Shown here piece after piece: positions 34,850-47,900 of a DNA stretch of 64,000 nucleotides. Every line of letters starts with the position of its first letter. Within the stretch, counting starts at the first letter, position 1. The translations under genes and the position numbers were made by a program. The stretch covers positions 62,001 to 126,000 of the forward strand of contig DF237009.1 in NCBI GenBank assembly GCA_000708835.1, read 5' to 3'. The notes beneath the pieces were generated by a model, which was not told the DNA's origin, ran no database searches, and saw only the letters and a list, made by a program, of their open reading frames with translations. Origin of the DNA: Klebsormidium nitens. Taxonomy: Eukaryota > Plantae > Klebsormidiophyceae.

Positions 34850-37800
34850 ATGGATGTTCAAATGGAAAGGCTGAGAGCGGGGCTTGGGCCGCCAGCGCCG
34901 AAGTTTCCCTTTGGAAGCGCTTGGATCCCGAGCACGGCACCCATTCTAAGTGAAAATGTCGAAACGGTGCAGAGACGGGCCGGATCTGGAAGGTATGCTT
35001 TCTCTGAGGCGGAACCGGAAAGCCTACCGCGTGCATCAGCCGACTGAGTACTGCGTCTGGTTGCAGAAGTTGTCGACTGCCGTTACTCTGTTCTATTGCT
35101 TCCATGACTTGAAGGTTTGAACATTTCAACTTCGTCTTTGGTACTGGCCACTGTTTTGCACAACAGCTGAGCAGTTTAGGCTTCTCCGGGGGAGGAAACG
35201 TAGAACGATCTTCGCATCTGTCAGAGCCCTGAGTTCATCAGCTTTGCAAGCCTGCATTAGCAGAGAAATTTGAACTTCTGATGAGATAAGCTATGCTGGT
35301 TCAAGCTGGGGCAGTACCAACTAAAAAACCCTCAATATTGGCATCTTTCCATCCGTACCCGACTTCAAATAGCCTCCGGGCCAGGACAGAGTCTGTCTCA
35401 GGGTAGCTTCATCTCATTTCGGAATCAACACCTCTACTTGAAAGTGTAGTTGTCCAAGAAATATTCAACTTGAATTAGTTGCCTCCCAGGTCTGATGAGC
35501 TGCATCATCCTCATAACAAGTACAAACACGCTCGCTTCGAGGATTTTACCAACAAACGGGAGATTGGCAAAGGAAGGTGGGGATCTTACACAATCAACTC
35601 TTGCAAACTGGCATTCCTTCTGACTCCAGCACCCTGCAGTATGATTTTGCCTTCGTGACCCTTTGCATGCCTCAGAGCTGTATGAACCTCTAGACTCCTC
35701 CATTTTTCCCTTGTACTTCTCTGGCGTCGTATGCAGTCTGCGGTCACTTGGAACCTCATGGGTGAATGTTGCTCGATGATAATTCTATCTGAAAATTGGT
35801 AATATCACAAGCAGAAGCTTAATCCCCTGACTTTAGGTGTGCTTGCAAGACCGGCGCCAATTGTCGCACTTCTTTGGCACATACTGGCACTACTTCAAGC
35901 TTGAAGACAATTTGGCACGTGGAGACTACAAGACGACTCCTTGAGGCATTCAATCTTGAGAATATCTGACGCGCTCTAACCATTTGGATGGCGCATTTTG
36001 GCGTCGATTTGTAGGGAAAGTGATATTTCTGAGATTCCCCTCGTCTCACTCCGCTCATGTTGAGTGGCAGGAACACCGTGATCTACAGCGCTGTCTGCAC
36101 GCGAACAAACGAACGAGTCGCCATCAAGACGCACACCCGCAAGGCCCTCAGTGCCATCGACTTGCACCGCATCAAGCGCGAGTGCAAGCTGCTGAGAATG
36201 CTTCGGTGAGCCAACCGCGAAACGCGTGACTCTTTGAACTTTAGTGTTTTTTGCGCCGAATCGTGGCATAGATGACGCAAACAGTTTCAGGAAGAAGGTC
36301 GCTGAACTCCGCTTCTTGCACTTTGTTAAACCACGACGGTTTTCAGATTGACTTTGATGGATCTTTGATCAAACATTCAGACCAGGAAGGTTTATAGTGA
36401 TCCGCAAGATTGACAAGATCTCGAGTGCTGCAGTATCAAAGGTCACCCCTGAGCTTAGAGACGACCTGAAACCGCTGTTTCCAGTATACAAATCCTAAGC
36501 CAATGTCACAGACATGCGCGTTCCTTTCCATTCATAAAAGCACTAATAGCTTTCGTCTTCAAGGAGTCTGATTCTGTTCAAAAGCCGACAAACGTTTCTT
36601 CAGTCGAGAGCTTTTGATGCAAGGCTGGATGCTCAATTGACCAGACAAATGCACTTCAAATGATCATAAATGAGCTGAAGAGTGCCTCCCAAACGATCTC
36701 AAACAGCCAATCACGTGTGATAACTTGAGACTGAACCAATTTTATAACCCGCTCCGCAGCCACGAACACATCATCAAGTGGCTCGGGATCTTCGAAGACG
36801 CAGACTGCATCTACCTGGTTCAAGAGCATGCCCCTGGGGGCGACCTCTTCGAGCATCTCAAAAAATGGGGCGGACGGATGCCGGAGAAGTGGGTCATCAC
36901 TCAGGTGCTCATTCCCCTCATGAAGGCTATGCGGGAGATGCACAACAAGGGAGTGGTCCACAGGTAAGGGGCCCCTTCGCCGCTAATTAGACGCCTGCTT
37001 CGAGTTGTTGATGTGTTGATCATTTGATTGGTTGATTACTTGTTGATTATTTGCTGATTGATCACTTTTTGATCAGTTGCTGAATGGAATGGTTGACTGT
37101 TCGTATAGTAAATTGGTTGCCTGATCAGATTTGTTGCACCCTGCTCCACGTTTTAAGAGTGCATTTCTATCGTTGCTTTTGACCTTAAGCACCGCCGGTT
37201 CTTCCGTCCTCTCCGCTACTATCACCGCGTTTCGTTCTGCCCTCAGTCATGTTCGCACGTTCGATTGATGGACCCTGTGAGACTGGTCGTCCCCCCCCAT
37301 ACGGTTTCAACCTAAGTTTCTTTCTTCTTCCTTCCTCTCCGTTGCAATCGCCGTCGCCATCGCCTCTCCGCTCCGCACCATGGATCCGCCGGATCAATCC
37401 GTAACGCGTTCCGCTTCCGCTGTTGCAGGGACATCAAGCCGGAGAACATCCTGGTCGCCGCGGACGAGACGATCAAGCTGTGCGACTTCGGGCTCGCGAT
37501 CAACGCGCGCGCAGAGCGTCCCGCGTCGCGCCTGGGGACGCTGCAATACATGGCCCCCGAAGTGGTCAAGCGGCCGTTCCAACGGCCAAAGGACATGAGT
37601 AAAGTCGAGGCATACGATGAGAAGGTGGACATGTGGTAAGGGGCGGTTCAAGGGCGTTTACGTTGATATTTGGCCAGATTTGGGCATAGAATCATTTGCT
37701 TAGGCCTCTTTCACTCTGGGCTATTCGACTCTTTCTGTGGAGAACTTGTCTTTCTGGACCATTCAAACGGGATAGGATGTGGGCAAAGTCGAGGCGTACG

Positions 37801-40201
37801 GCGAGAAGGAGGACTTGCAAAGCACTTAGCGCCGTCTTAATTTGGCTTCTGACAAGTCCACTGCAGAGAAGATAGCCTCCTTGTTTCTTGCGCACCTTAT
37901 CAATTCTCCTTTGTCACCATTAAATGTCCTTCCTAGTTTGCGATGGCAAGCTTTCCCTATGCGAGCTTATGCATGGAAGGGGGTACGTTTCCCGTACAGG
38001 GCGTGCGGAGTGCTGGTGTACGAGCTCATCGTGGGCTATCCACCGTTCGATGGGGACGACGACGACATCGTAACGGCGGACATCATGCACCGGGATGTCA
38101 AAGAGATGCCCGACTGTCTGTCCCCGGAATGCAGAAACCTGGTGCTAGGGGTGGGTCCACACATCTTCCCTTTACAAAGCACTCCCTCTTGGAATCAGTC
38201 TTCGTCACTGCTCGTGTTGATAGCTGATCAGCCCGACGCTCGATTAGTCCAGTTGCAGCAGATTGACCAATCTGGACGATCCAAAAGCGAGAACTGCAGG
38301 TCTCGCTTACGAGCCTCAACAACATTGCGTTCTTGGTCAATTCTATCTCTAAGCATGTAATGTTTCAAAACTTCTGGTCAGGTTGGAGTAGAAACTATCA
38401 TCGCAGATTGTGCGTCAAACCCTACACCCGGCAATGAAAGTCATCGCTTCTTCTGAGAGGCCTCGCAGTTGTGCGGTATGTTGCCTATGCTTCGTATTGC
38501 CGGTTCTCTCAAAACTGGCCGCTTGACTCAACGGACGACCCGGAAAAGTTGACATTCTCGCCAGCAGCGAGGAGTGATTCAATTCGCTAGTGGCAAACAA
38601 ACTTTTGTCCCGACTGCTCTCATCCATGCCAAAGTATTCACCTGACTGACGTTCCTCTTCACGATTCGCTTGCAGTTGCTCCAGAAGCGCCCCTCCGACC
38701 GCCTCAGCCTCGATCAGCTGTGGCAGCACCCGCTCGTCCTCCGCCACTCCAAACCCGAGGACCTCAAACCCGCGCGGAGCGCCCGCGTCGCGTCGTCGAA
38801 GCCGCGGCCGGGGCCCGACCGCGCGGTCGACCGCAGCCGCATCTCTGACGCGGATTCCTCGAAAACCCTCAACTCACCTCCGAGCGTGCTCCAAGCCGCG
38901 CGCGCCAGCGCCGACGAAATTGCGCAGCCGCCGCAGCCGCCCTTTGAAGACCCGAATCCGCCGGCCGCGGTCGCGGCCGCGCCCGGGGTGACCGACCTCA
39001 TGGCCCGGTTGACGCTCTCCTTGAAAACGCACCTGCACGCCAGCCTGACGCAAGATGCGCAGATGAGTGAGGCCGCACCGGAAACGGCGGCCGCGGANNN
39101 NNNNNNNNNNNNNNNNNNNNNNNNNNNNNNNNNNNNNNNNNNNNNNNNNNNNNNNNNNNNNNNNNNNNNNNNNNNNNNNNNNNNNNNNNNNNNNNNNNNN
39201 NNNNNNNNNNNNNNNNNNNNNNNNNNNNNNNNNNNNNNNNNNNNNNNNNNNNNNNNNNNNNNNNNNNNNNNNNNNNNNNNNNNNNNNNNNNNNNNNNNNN
39301 NNNNNNNNNNNNNNNNNNNNNNNNNNNNNNNNNNNNNNNNNNNNNNNNNNNNNNNNNNNNNNNNNNNNNNNNNNNNNNNNNNNNNNNNNNNNNNNNNNNN
39401 NNTGCACCCACGACGCAAGATGCGCAGATGAGTGAGGCCGCACCGGAAACGGCGGCCGCGGAAGCGGCCGCCGAACCCCCTTCCCCGGTCACTTCCCCCG
39501 ATATCATTTCTCGTTCTCCGGGAAATACGGCGACCAACCTCCAGGCGTGGCAGTTCCTCCGGTCGATCTCGACCCAACCGGGGGGTTCGGGGACCACGCA
39601 GGCGCGCCGGCCCCAGGTGCACGCCCCGGGGACTTCCTGGGCGTGGCTCCGAGAGCCGGCCCGGAAGGCCGCGCCCCGAGCGGAACCGGACTGCCCCCGG
39701 ACGTGGTACATGTACCGGATCCTGCCCGGGGGGCGGCGCAAGAGCCACCAAGCGGTCCGCATAAGAAGCCGCAGCTGGGGGCAACGGGAACGGCCGAGAA
39801 AGGGGGGGCGGCGCGCGCTGGCATACGGACGGGGGTTGGTCAGCTCGTCGGCGGTGCTCGACCGGCGGAACACGAGTTGGAGCGGAACGGAGAGCGATCC
39901 GGAGACTTCCGTTTCGCCCGTTGGAAAGCGGCCGGAGCGGCGAGGGGACTCGCCGGACAGAGGCGGGCCGGTAGAAGAAGCGGTCGGTTGCGGCGACCGG
40001 GATGGGATCACAATCGCCGGATTGAGATTGTCGGCGGAACGTGACGACGGTTTGGCTGAGGCGCGCGCGGACGCTTTGAAGGATGCGCGCGCGGACGGCA
40101 CGGGGGAGGAGACGATGGAGGTGGAAGAGGAGCAGACGGCGCCAGGGCTGCCGAGCCCCGGGTTCTTGAGGCCGTTCCAAACTTGGTTCAATTTCTTCTG
40201 A
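34850..40201 (+). CDS. Ser/Thr protein kinase, algal Aurora-like type, with a long low-complexity C-terminal tail
   Basis: Exons 34850-34992, 35490-35576, 36071-36205, 36760-36963, 37429-37635, 38000-38150, 38676-40201 (last exon crosses the gap). Intact motifs: EIGKGR, VAIK, HRDIKPENIL, DFG, RLGTLQYMAPEV, YDEKVDMWACG, GYPPF. The first exon and the frame across the gap are less certain. Confidence 0.88.
39098..39402. other. Assembly gap, 305 N
   Basis: Run of N inside the last kinase exon. Confidence 1.
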
Positions 40202-41726
40202 CGGACGGAACACTTGTAACGAATGCCCGTAACGGAATATCTGCAACGGGACGAGAAAATTGTAAATATGTACAGCCGGCGCTGCTTGGGGAGCAGCACG
40301 GAGAGCAGGAGTAGGCTTAGCTGTGTGAGACGTAGGGAATCGGTACAAGCACGCATAGGAAGAGCGCTAGGGGCGGCTCAACAGCCGTGAAAATATAACG
40401 TGTTGCATACTCTGCGCCGGCGCTCGGTGCGGCAGCCATTGCTGGGCTTAGGGATGATAAATGGCTGGTATTCCAAAGGGAGGAATACCAAGCTTCGACG
40501 GTGACGAGGTGTCTAGGATCGAATTAGACGGATGAGTTATATACGACGGGACCACATTGATATACAGACATGCCTGACAGAACGAGCGCATTCAGGACGG
40601 AAAATGACCGTTATTGCACCGCCCCGCCGGGTATCCGATTGGTTCCGGGTTCTTTGGTGTACCGTGGTGCTTTCTAGCTATTTAAGACTACACTTGAGCC
40701 AGATCGCAGCATTACGAGGTCAAGGCCCAATCGACAAAGTTAGCATGCACCCCGCCACATAATGAATGCTTGCAGAAGTTGCAACGCATCCATGGCTTCT
40801 CAAACTCGCTTCCGTGAGCTTGAAAACAATCAACCCTGGATCATTATTTCATGGCTTGCTTCAAGTTGCTCGAAGGCGATTACAGATGTTTTTGCGTGTA
40901 TACATCGTGATCGGCGGCCTTGATTCCCTTCTATTAAAAAAGGTTGAACCAGTCAGCATCTGGCCGACTTGCCGCGCCTGTCTTGCCCTCACAAATCGTG
41001 CAGCCGCGCCAGCTGGCTTGGCCACTGACTCATGCCGGCGCAGCTGCTGCCCCGCTGCAGTGCCGCAGTATTTATGCAGTGACGCTTTGCAGCCTTTGAT
41101 TGTCCATCAGGATATACTTACCATGACACGAGTATATGTCCAATGGTCATGCTTGTTCTCAAGCTAGCTATGCTTGTGCTCGAGTCCGAGTCACGGATAC
41201 CCGCGTCGTGCTCGATATATTGGTCATAGTCTGCGCACGTTGCATGGATGGTTGATGTTACAGATCGACCTGTATATCAGGTTTCTCAGTTGATATCAGT
41301 GGTCGATCATTGCATCGTTAAGAATCTGTGTATGTGACGCGAATAGGCCCGCAAGTTAGCAAAGGTATGGGTTCGGGGTTCTGATCGTTCAATCGTCGAA
41401 AGGGCGCCACGTAAGCTAGTGTAAATTCAGCACAATTACCTTCAAGTGTGTAATTGTATATCCAGGCGGCCTGCCCTACATTCCCCACACACACAAGAAA
41501 TCAACGGATGCAATGTGCTTCCAGGGGCGCTTCAAATTCACGTACTTGATCTATCTACCATGCATCATTCCAGATCCAGAATGGCAAGCTGAATTGCAAA
41601 AGAGAACGACAGATCGTAGATCAAAACACCGGCGACCCTTCGACAACAACGGATTGTCTATCGGGCTCACTCAACCAGTGACCATGTCGAATGCAGGCAC
41701 ATGCCATGGCAAATGCCTCGAGCGAA

Positions 41727-44564
41727 TTAAGTCCCGTCCTTGCTACCACTTTCCACTGCTTTTTTACTCCAACCTTCCAAATCTTCCGCTGTGAACTCGT
41801 AATCGCCTTCCGCGCCTTTCCGAACGTGGTCCCCGCGCTCCGCTAAGAACGTCTCTACGCTCCCCGGCTTTCCGAACCATCCCAGGTTGTCTGCCATGAG
41901 ATGCAGGTTCTGACAGCCTGGGCACCGCACCAGAACGACGCCTTTGGTGTACGAAGCTTTGCTCATCGTTTTGAAGCTCCGGGTTTGACACACCTGCACG
42001 AAGGACGCGTTCGCAACCGGAGTCAATCGCTTGGCTCCAACGCAGTCAGCGACTGCTCTTTCTCCAAAAACAAAGTGCGTGCCAAGCCAAGCGGAAGGCA
42101 TAATGATGTACGGAGTTCTGACCCCCTGGTACGGGGTTCAGTCCGCCGTGGCTGACCGACCCAGTGCGTGGGATGAACAAGCACTCTTCTGAAAGTCCAA
42201 AAACCGAGACACTGGATCCTTGCAGATTTCGAAGATGTGGCAAGCGGACAAGGTAGCCAAAGTCGTCAGATCCGCACCTCTTTTATCAAGATTGATGCAG
42301 TTTCGGTTGGTCGGCTGGAAAACAAAAAGTAAGCGGAAAGGAGGAGTGCAGGACACTGGGCCTACGTTCAAAAGATCGGGAACGCAACAATTGGCAGTGC
42401 TTACATTGCACGTAAACAGCATGGCCATGTCATGCGTGGCTGGCCGGCTGCTGCCCGTCTCTACCGCCGCTTTCGATCCTCCCCCCGATCCTGAAGGGCC
42501 CGGGAGCTCCTCTTCTTCCCCGTCCGCTTTCAAAGCAGCTCCTGACGCGTCCCCTCGCGCATCTTCGTTTGGCGCCTCGGATGCTGCGCCATGAAAGTAG
42601 TGGCGCCGCAGGTTTTGGGCAAACGTCCTCTCAGTCAGGTCCTGGGGGCCGCCTGCAGAGAGGTTTCGGTTCTGGTTAAGAGCAGTTTGAGTCGGTAATT
42701 ATATTTTTGGTGCTGGTCAAGGGCAAGTTGAGTAGGTAATCCAGCTTTATGTGCTGGTTAAGGGCAGGGTTAAGTCGGTGATCCAATTTTTGGTGTTGGT
42801 CAAGGGAAGGTTGAGCCAGTAATCCAGTTTCTAGTGTTGGTTAAGGGCAGGTTACGTTAGGAACTACATAATAACGAATTTGAGAAGGTTCCGATTGAAC
42901 TTGGTGCATCACTTGAGATGGCGGTCGACCAAAAAGATAGGTGTGCCCCTCTTGATGCTCACCCCCAAGAACTTTAATGTCAAGAAGCATTGCTATGCAT
43001 TGACGCTTAGGGGCGACATTGCGCCAGAGAGTAGTTTGATTGGCGGACGAGATGCTAACCTCCTTGCTGACTATTCCTGATTGAACTCACTTGTTTCCAG
43101 TGAGTAGTGTGCTGAATCTTACCAAAAGACCTAAGAATTAACCACTTGGTTTACCTCTTTCTCAACAATCATTGAAGCCACTCGCTAGAATCACAACTTT
43201 GCTAGAGCCACAGGCTCATAAATGCGGCCAGCCTAGATATACTCAGCCACAGTATCAACCAAAGAATCAGGTCAGGAAGAGTCGAGTGCCAATCAGCGCG
43301 TTCGAAGTGGAAGTCTCTTACTCCAAAAGCACGGCACCATGGCCGATCGTATCGACAGAGGAAACAGAGAGGTGTCTTGACTGATATGGCAAAAGGGAAA
43401 GAGGGAGTCTGGCAAGTGGAAAAGACTGTGGACTTAGGCTTCGAAAGACAATTTCCGGCGCCATTGGGTGGCAAGACTTTGCCCTTTTACTTCCTCAATC
43501 CCGGTATAGACTGGTAATCTGAACTGAAAGATTGCGCCCTTTCGCATAACCGCGTGCTTCAGAGACTGCAGTCATCATGCACAAACTTGATGGAACTGGA
43601 ACGATCGAAAAACCTACTTTACCACCAAGCAGGATCATAACACTGGATAGGGGCTAACCGGTTCGACAATTTAAGCTCTTCCTTACGTGACATCTGAGAA
43701 AAAACCAGACAGGACACTCTTGATGAAGAGAGCTAGTGCTTGGAAGCAACAGACGAAGCAAAAAGTTGCTCTAGGATCTTCTCTGTTCAGTATTCTTGAA
43801 AAGCAGGAATTCAAGCTGCAGGACATGTGACCCTTCAAGATGCCTGTGACGATCTTCAACTGGCCAAGACCTCTTTTCCTTGAAGCCCCTGGGCTATTAT
43901 GCCCTCCAAGAGCAGGGAACTGAAAAGAACTCAGGTCTAGCCTGGGCGCCAAAGACCTCGACTCAGGACATCAAAGAGAGCCACCACTCTGCCAGATTGA
44001 GTAAACCGAAAGCATCAAGCATGCGATGGGTGTGGAGAACTGGGCGATAGTGAACACCCGGTAAGCCATCATTATATGTGCAGCCAAATATTGCGCGTCT
44101 TAAGCCCAGCCCCAAGAAACTTTGAACTCTTCTCAATCAGAAAGTCAAACAACGACAGGATTGCCCTTAGTCAAATGCGTGGAATCCCATGTCTCATCAC
44201 TTTCGACTGGCTCAAACAAACAGCATTCCTTTTCAAAATGGTGGCATGACACCCTGTTGCCCGCTTCAAAAGCAACAATTTTCCTGCCACCTTTATACAC
44301 TGGAAAGCACTTTAACAGAACTTTGATCAGAAGACCCAGGATTGATGTTGCACATGGCCCACCTAATCGAAGTCCACTGATGGAATCTAGGTTGTGCTCA
44401 GCCGCAGGCTTAGAAGCTTGCTTCGCCGCTTCTCTTTCCAGTACGACCGCCAGCCCCCGTCTTCCCGGCGCCATGCCCTTCATTATGCCCAATGCTCTGG
44501 ATGCTGCTAGGCGCAAGGCCATGCAGGTTTCCTCACGAAGAGACAACACGAGCAATGCTGCCAA
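41727..44564 (-). CDS. DNL-type zinc finger protein (Zim17/Tim15/Hep1 family, organellar Hsp70 escort)
   Basis: Exons 42652-42405 and 41993-41727 give MLFTCN|VCQTRSFKTMSKASYTKGVVLVRCPGCQNLHLMADNLGWF, with two CxxC and the DNL motif. The probable first exon (ATG 44564 or 44522 to donor at about 44362) encodes a transit-peptide-like MALRLAASRALG and is phase-compatible. The 5' structure is uncertain. Confidence 0.85.
42665..42860. repeat. Five tandem 41-42 bp units at the 3' end of the DNL-gene intron
   Basis: (c/t)tggt(t/c)aag occurs at 42672, 42713, 42754, 42796 and 42837, with ggttaag and ggtcaag alternating. Confidence 0.9.
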
Positions 44565-44975
44565 AGACGACCACCCAACGTCTATTTTACCAGGTCAAAT
44601 AACTTATTAAAGATCACAATCTTGCCAAGTTGGAAGTCGCACAGCTTTTCCTTCACTGCAAGGGAAACTTTGCCGGAAGCGGTGTGAATCTGCGCTTCAA
44701 GGGAAGGTTCGTTACCCTACATGTGGCCCGTCGGAACCTTACAAAGCGTCGATCCACATCTATTGGTTGTTTCGCACCGTCCATCATCATCTTTCTTATT
44801 AGGTAGATGCGTTTTCACACTATCGGTTTTGCTCAAGGTGGAGTTATGCAGGCACTAGCCTTCATCAGGCCTACAGGAAGAAAGTCGGTGGTCCTCCAGC
44901 TCGTTCCCCTAGACAGCCAAGGGCAAAGCGCCCACCCCTCCTACCATCTGGTGCGTCTTTGTTCCGCTGCTGTTC

Positions 44976-47900
44976 ATGCTAGGGGAAAGTCCCCACGATG
45001 CACTCCACGGCCCTCTGCCAAAGAGGAGGAAGGTTCGTCAGGAGAGTATCTTAGCGGACTCGACACCGAGGCCGATCATCATGGGGGATGACAAGAAGGT
45101 AATGGTTGTGCTGTTCGGATTTCTGGTCAACGAAGCCTTGTTCATGCGCATGTTGTGTCCCTCGCCCGTTTGTACATAGGGATGCTGAAGAGGAGATGTT
45201 TGCATGCATCCTTGCCATGTATTTAGCGATGCAATTTGAAGGAGAGGCAGGACTATCTTTTGTTCTCCCAATATTGCTGTTAATGGTACGTCTTTCTGTG
45301 ACACTGAGCTGCTTCTGGCGGATCTCATTTTGAAACGGCATCAAATTGGCATGTCTGCGCACTGAAAACCCTGTGTGTTGCATTTTGTGCAGGCGGCAGA
45401 GTCTGTGCTGGAGCGGCAAAATCGTCTGCTGACCGGCCAGCTAGAAGTCAACAAGCAGAACCTGAGCAGCATTGACGCAGAGCTTCAGGAGACCAAGAAG
45501 AAGCAGGCCAACTTTGACAATGTGCTGAGCAGTGTCAACAGGACGTGGAAGGAGCTTATTGATGATCTGGAACTTCTATTGCTTAGAGCAAATGGGAGTC
45601 TCAATGGCTCCCACATCTTTGACGCCACGGCGCACATTGAAAAAGGTGCGACATATTGTTGGGTTTCTGTTTGGACACTGTTGGCAACAGTTTTTTGCAG
45701 AGCTTGCGGCATGTTGACTGTATTGAAGATGCATCCAATTGCCTTGCTGTAGCTGGCGACGGTACAAGTGCCTGGTAATAATGTGGTCATTGCTATTCAT
45801 CACAGGAACCAAGAGTTTTTGCTGCCTTTGGGATGGTTTTTGGTCACGCTGATTGGTAATCTCCAAGTACAGCAGCTCTACATAACGACACATTCTGATT
45901 GCACCAATTTCCACTTTTCAGACGATGACATGGATGGAGTGCCAGCAGAACGGATCTTCCTGCACAAGCTTCTTCATGCTCATGAGAGCGACCAGAAGCC
46001 AAGTACGTCCAACGGCAGCGATGACGATGAAAGGCAGCATCTTGAAGCAGCACTCCGGTCGCGCAAGGCTACTACGAAGAAAACGCTGGGCCAGGTCATT
46101 GCAGCCATTGACAATGAGCGGCAGAGAAACGAAGAGTTGGCGGCTGTTCTGCGACAAAAAGTGTCCTCCGATGGTATGTGGCTATAAATCTGTTTTCTTC
46201 TTGCGGTTGCGTTGGAATCTCAGTCCTATTTGAGCATCAAAGCTGCAAGCATGTTCTGTCTTAACAACTTTCTCGTCCTTGGCCTCCTGCTTTGCGATGC
46301 AGCGGTGCCTGTGGTGGCACCGTAGATCTTGAAGTCTTGCATGAATACGTCCTGCTCCAGCGGTTTTGTTTTGAAACTGCTCTGGGTAATATTAGTTTAG
46401 GGTTAGCATCAATCTGTCGTTCTGACAGCACTTTGGACCAGCATCTGTGTTCGCCGACGCCTGCCATTGACAAAGATTTTCCTGAATGAATCTTCAAGCC
46501 ATTCCTGCAGAATCAGTTGCAATGCTGTAAGAATTTTTGAACCTGTAAAGCTCTGTACGGTAGAAGGAGTCCTTCACGCTTATTGAGTGCTTTCCTTACC
46601 CCGGATGGTGACACGCCATTGCAACAAGTTCGCGAGGGAAGCACGCCTGACAGCAGAATTTCGATGTACGATCAGATGTTGGACAAGTCTTGCGGACTGA
46701 GGATGAGAGGGTGCGGAAGGAGGTCAAGAGGCTGCGCTCGGACATGGACGAGCTGCATTTGTTGCACGACAAGCTGTCCAGAGAGATGAAGCGCTTGCAA
46801 GATTGTCATGGGCGGGATCAGGCGAAGATCAAGCACCTAACCGGTAAGAACTTGCCCGTCCAACATCAGGCCACCCTGCTTTCGGCAGCTCTTTCTTCTT
46901 GCGCTTGTACTTCGACTTTGACAACATTTGGCCAATTGCTGCTCATTGATATTTTGACTGATTACCTGTCTCTGGTTTTGGTGTCTCAAGTGATCTGCGG
47001 AATGAAGGAATCAGCCGGCTCTGCCTTCCGCACTTCACAGTCCTTGACATCTTGCTCCTTTCTTGATGGTTGCAGAGGAACTAGAGAGGGTTCGATCTGA
47101 CCTGGACAGCTGCAGGCGGAAGCTGGTCAAGGAGGCAGCTGCCTCTGCCTCTACACCAACGACTCCCGTCCATGCAAATAACAACCATCTGTCACGCACC
47201 GAAAGCAAGACGGACAGGAAAGAGCTGGACCAACTAGTGCGCCAGAAGGCAGATTTGGAGAGCCAGTTGCAAGAAGTGGAGGTAGATCACGCCCTCTGCC
47301 GTTCTCCAAAGTTTGTGTGCTCGTTGCTAGGTTGCTCACCATCGTAGCCTCCTTCAAGCCATCCACGCGTCTCAAGTTTGCTCATTGGTTGTAAGCCTTT
47401 GGATCGCGCACATTAAGTGCGATGATTGTGGAGATTCTTTCTGCTGTTTGCTGTTTGTGGAAGTATGCGCGAAATGCGGAAGTGTGGCCGATTGTTGGGT
47501 CCATACTTTGCCTAGGCTGCCATGTTTCAAGGGAATAAGGAGCGGAACTTCCTTGTTTACCACCACTGATGCAAAGAGGACATGTGCGTCCTGTTTGCCA
47601 GGCTGTGTCCTTGTTCTTCTGACTTGATGAACAATAATCTCTGCAGAGGATCGCCCAAGGCCGCTTGGAGGAACTTCAGAGCAACCACCGGAAACAGCTC
47701 GAGCTCCAGAGGGAGTTGCAGAATGTCAAGGTGGGGTTCAGTGCCGTCTAGCTGGCACCAGAAAGGATACTGGCTCCCTTAGTCAGCATGACCGGCGCCC
47801 CCGTATTGTTGAACCCCACATCTGATTGCGTGTACTTTAGCTCCTCAATGTGTTCACTGTACGTGGACAGGTGTTCAGATTGCATCTTTGATATCACCTC

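Noticed and set aside
37000-37100. TTGAT-rich low-complexity tract in a kinase intron
   Set aside because: Ordinary degenerate microsatellite.
40766-41167. ORF with kinase-like EVATHPWL as a separate gene
   Set aside because: It lacks the exon codon bias and splice context, lies in convergent 3' regions, and the match is only a few residues.
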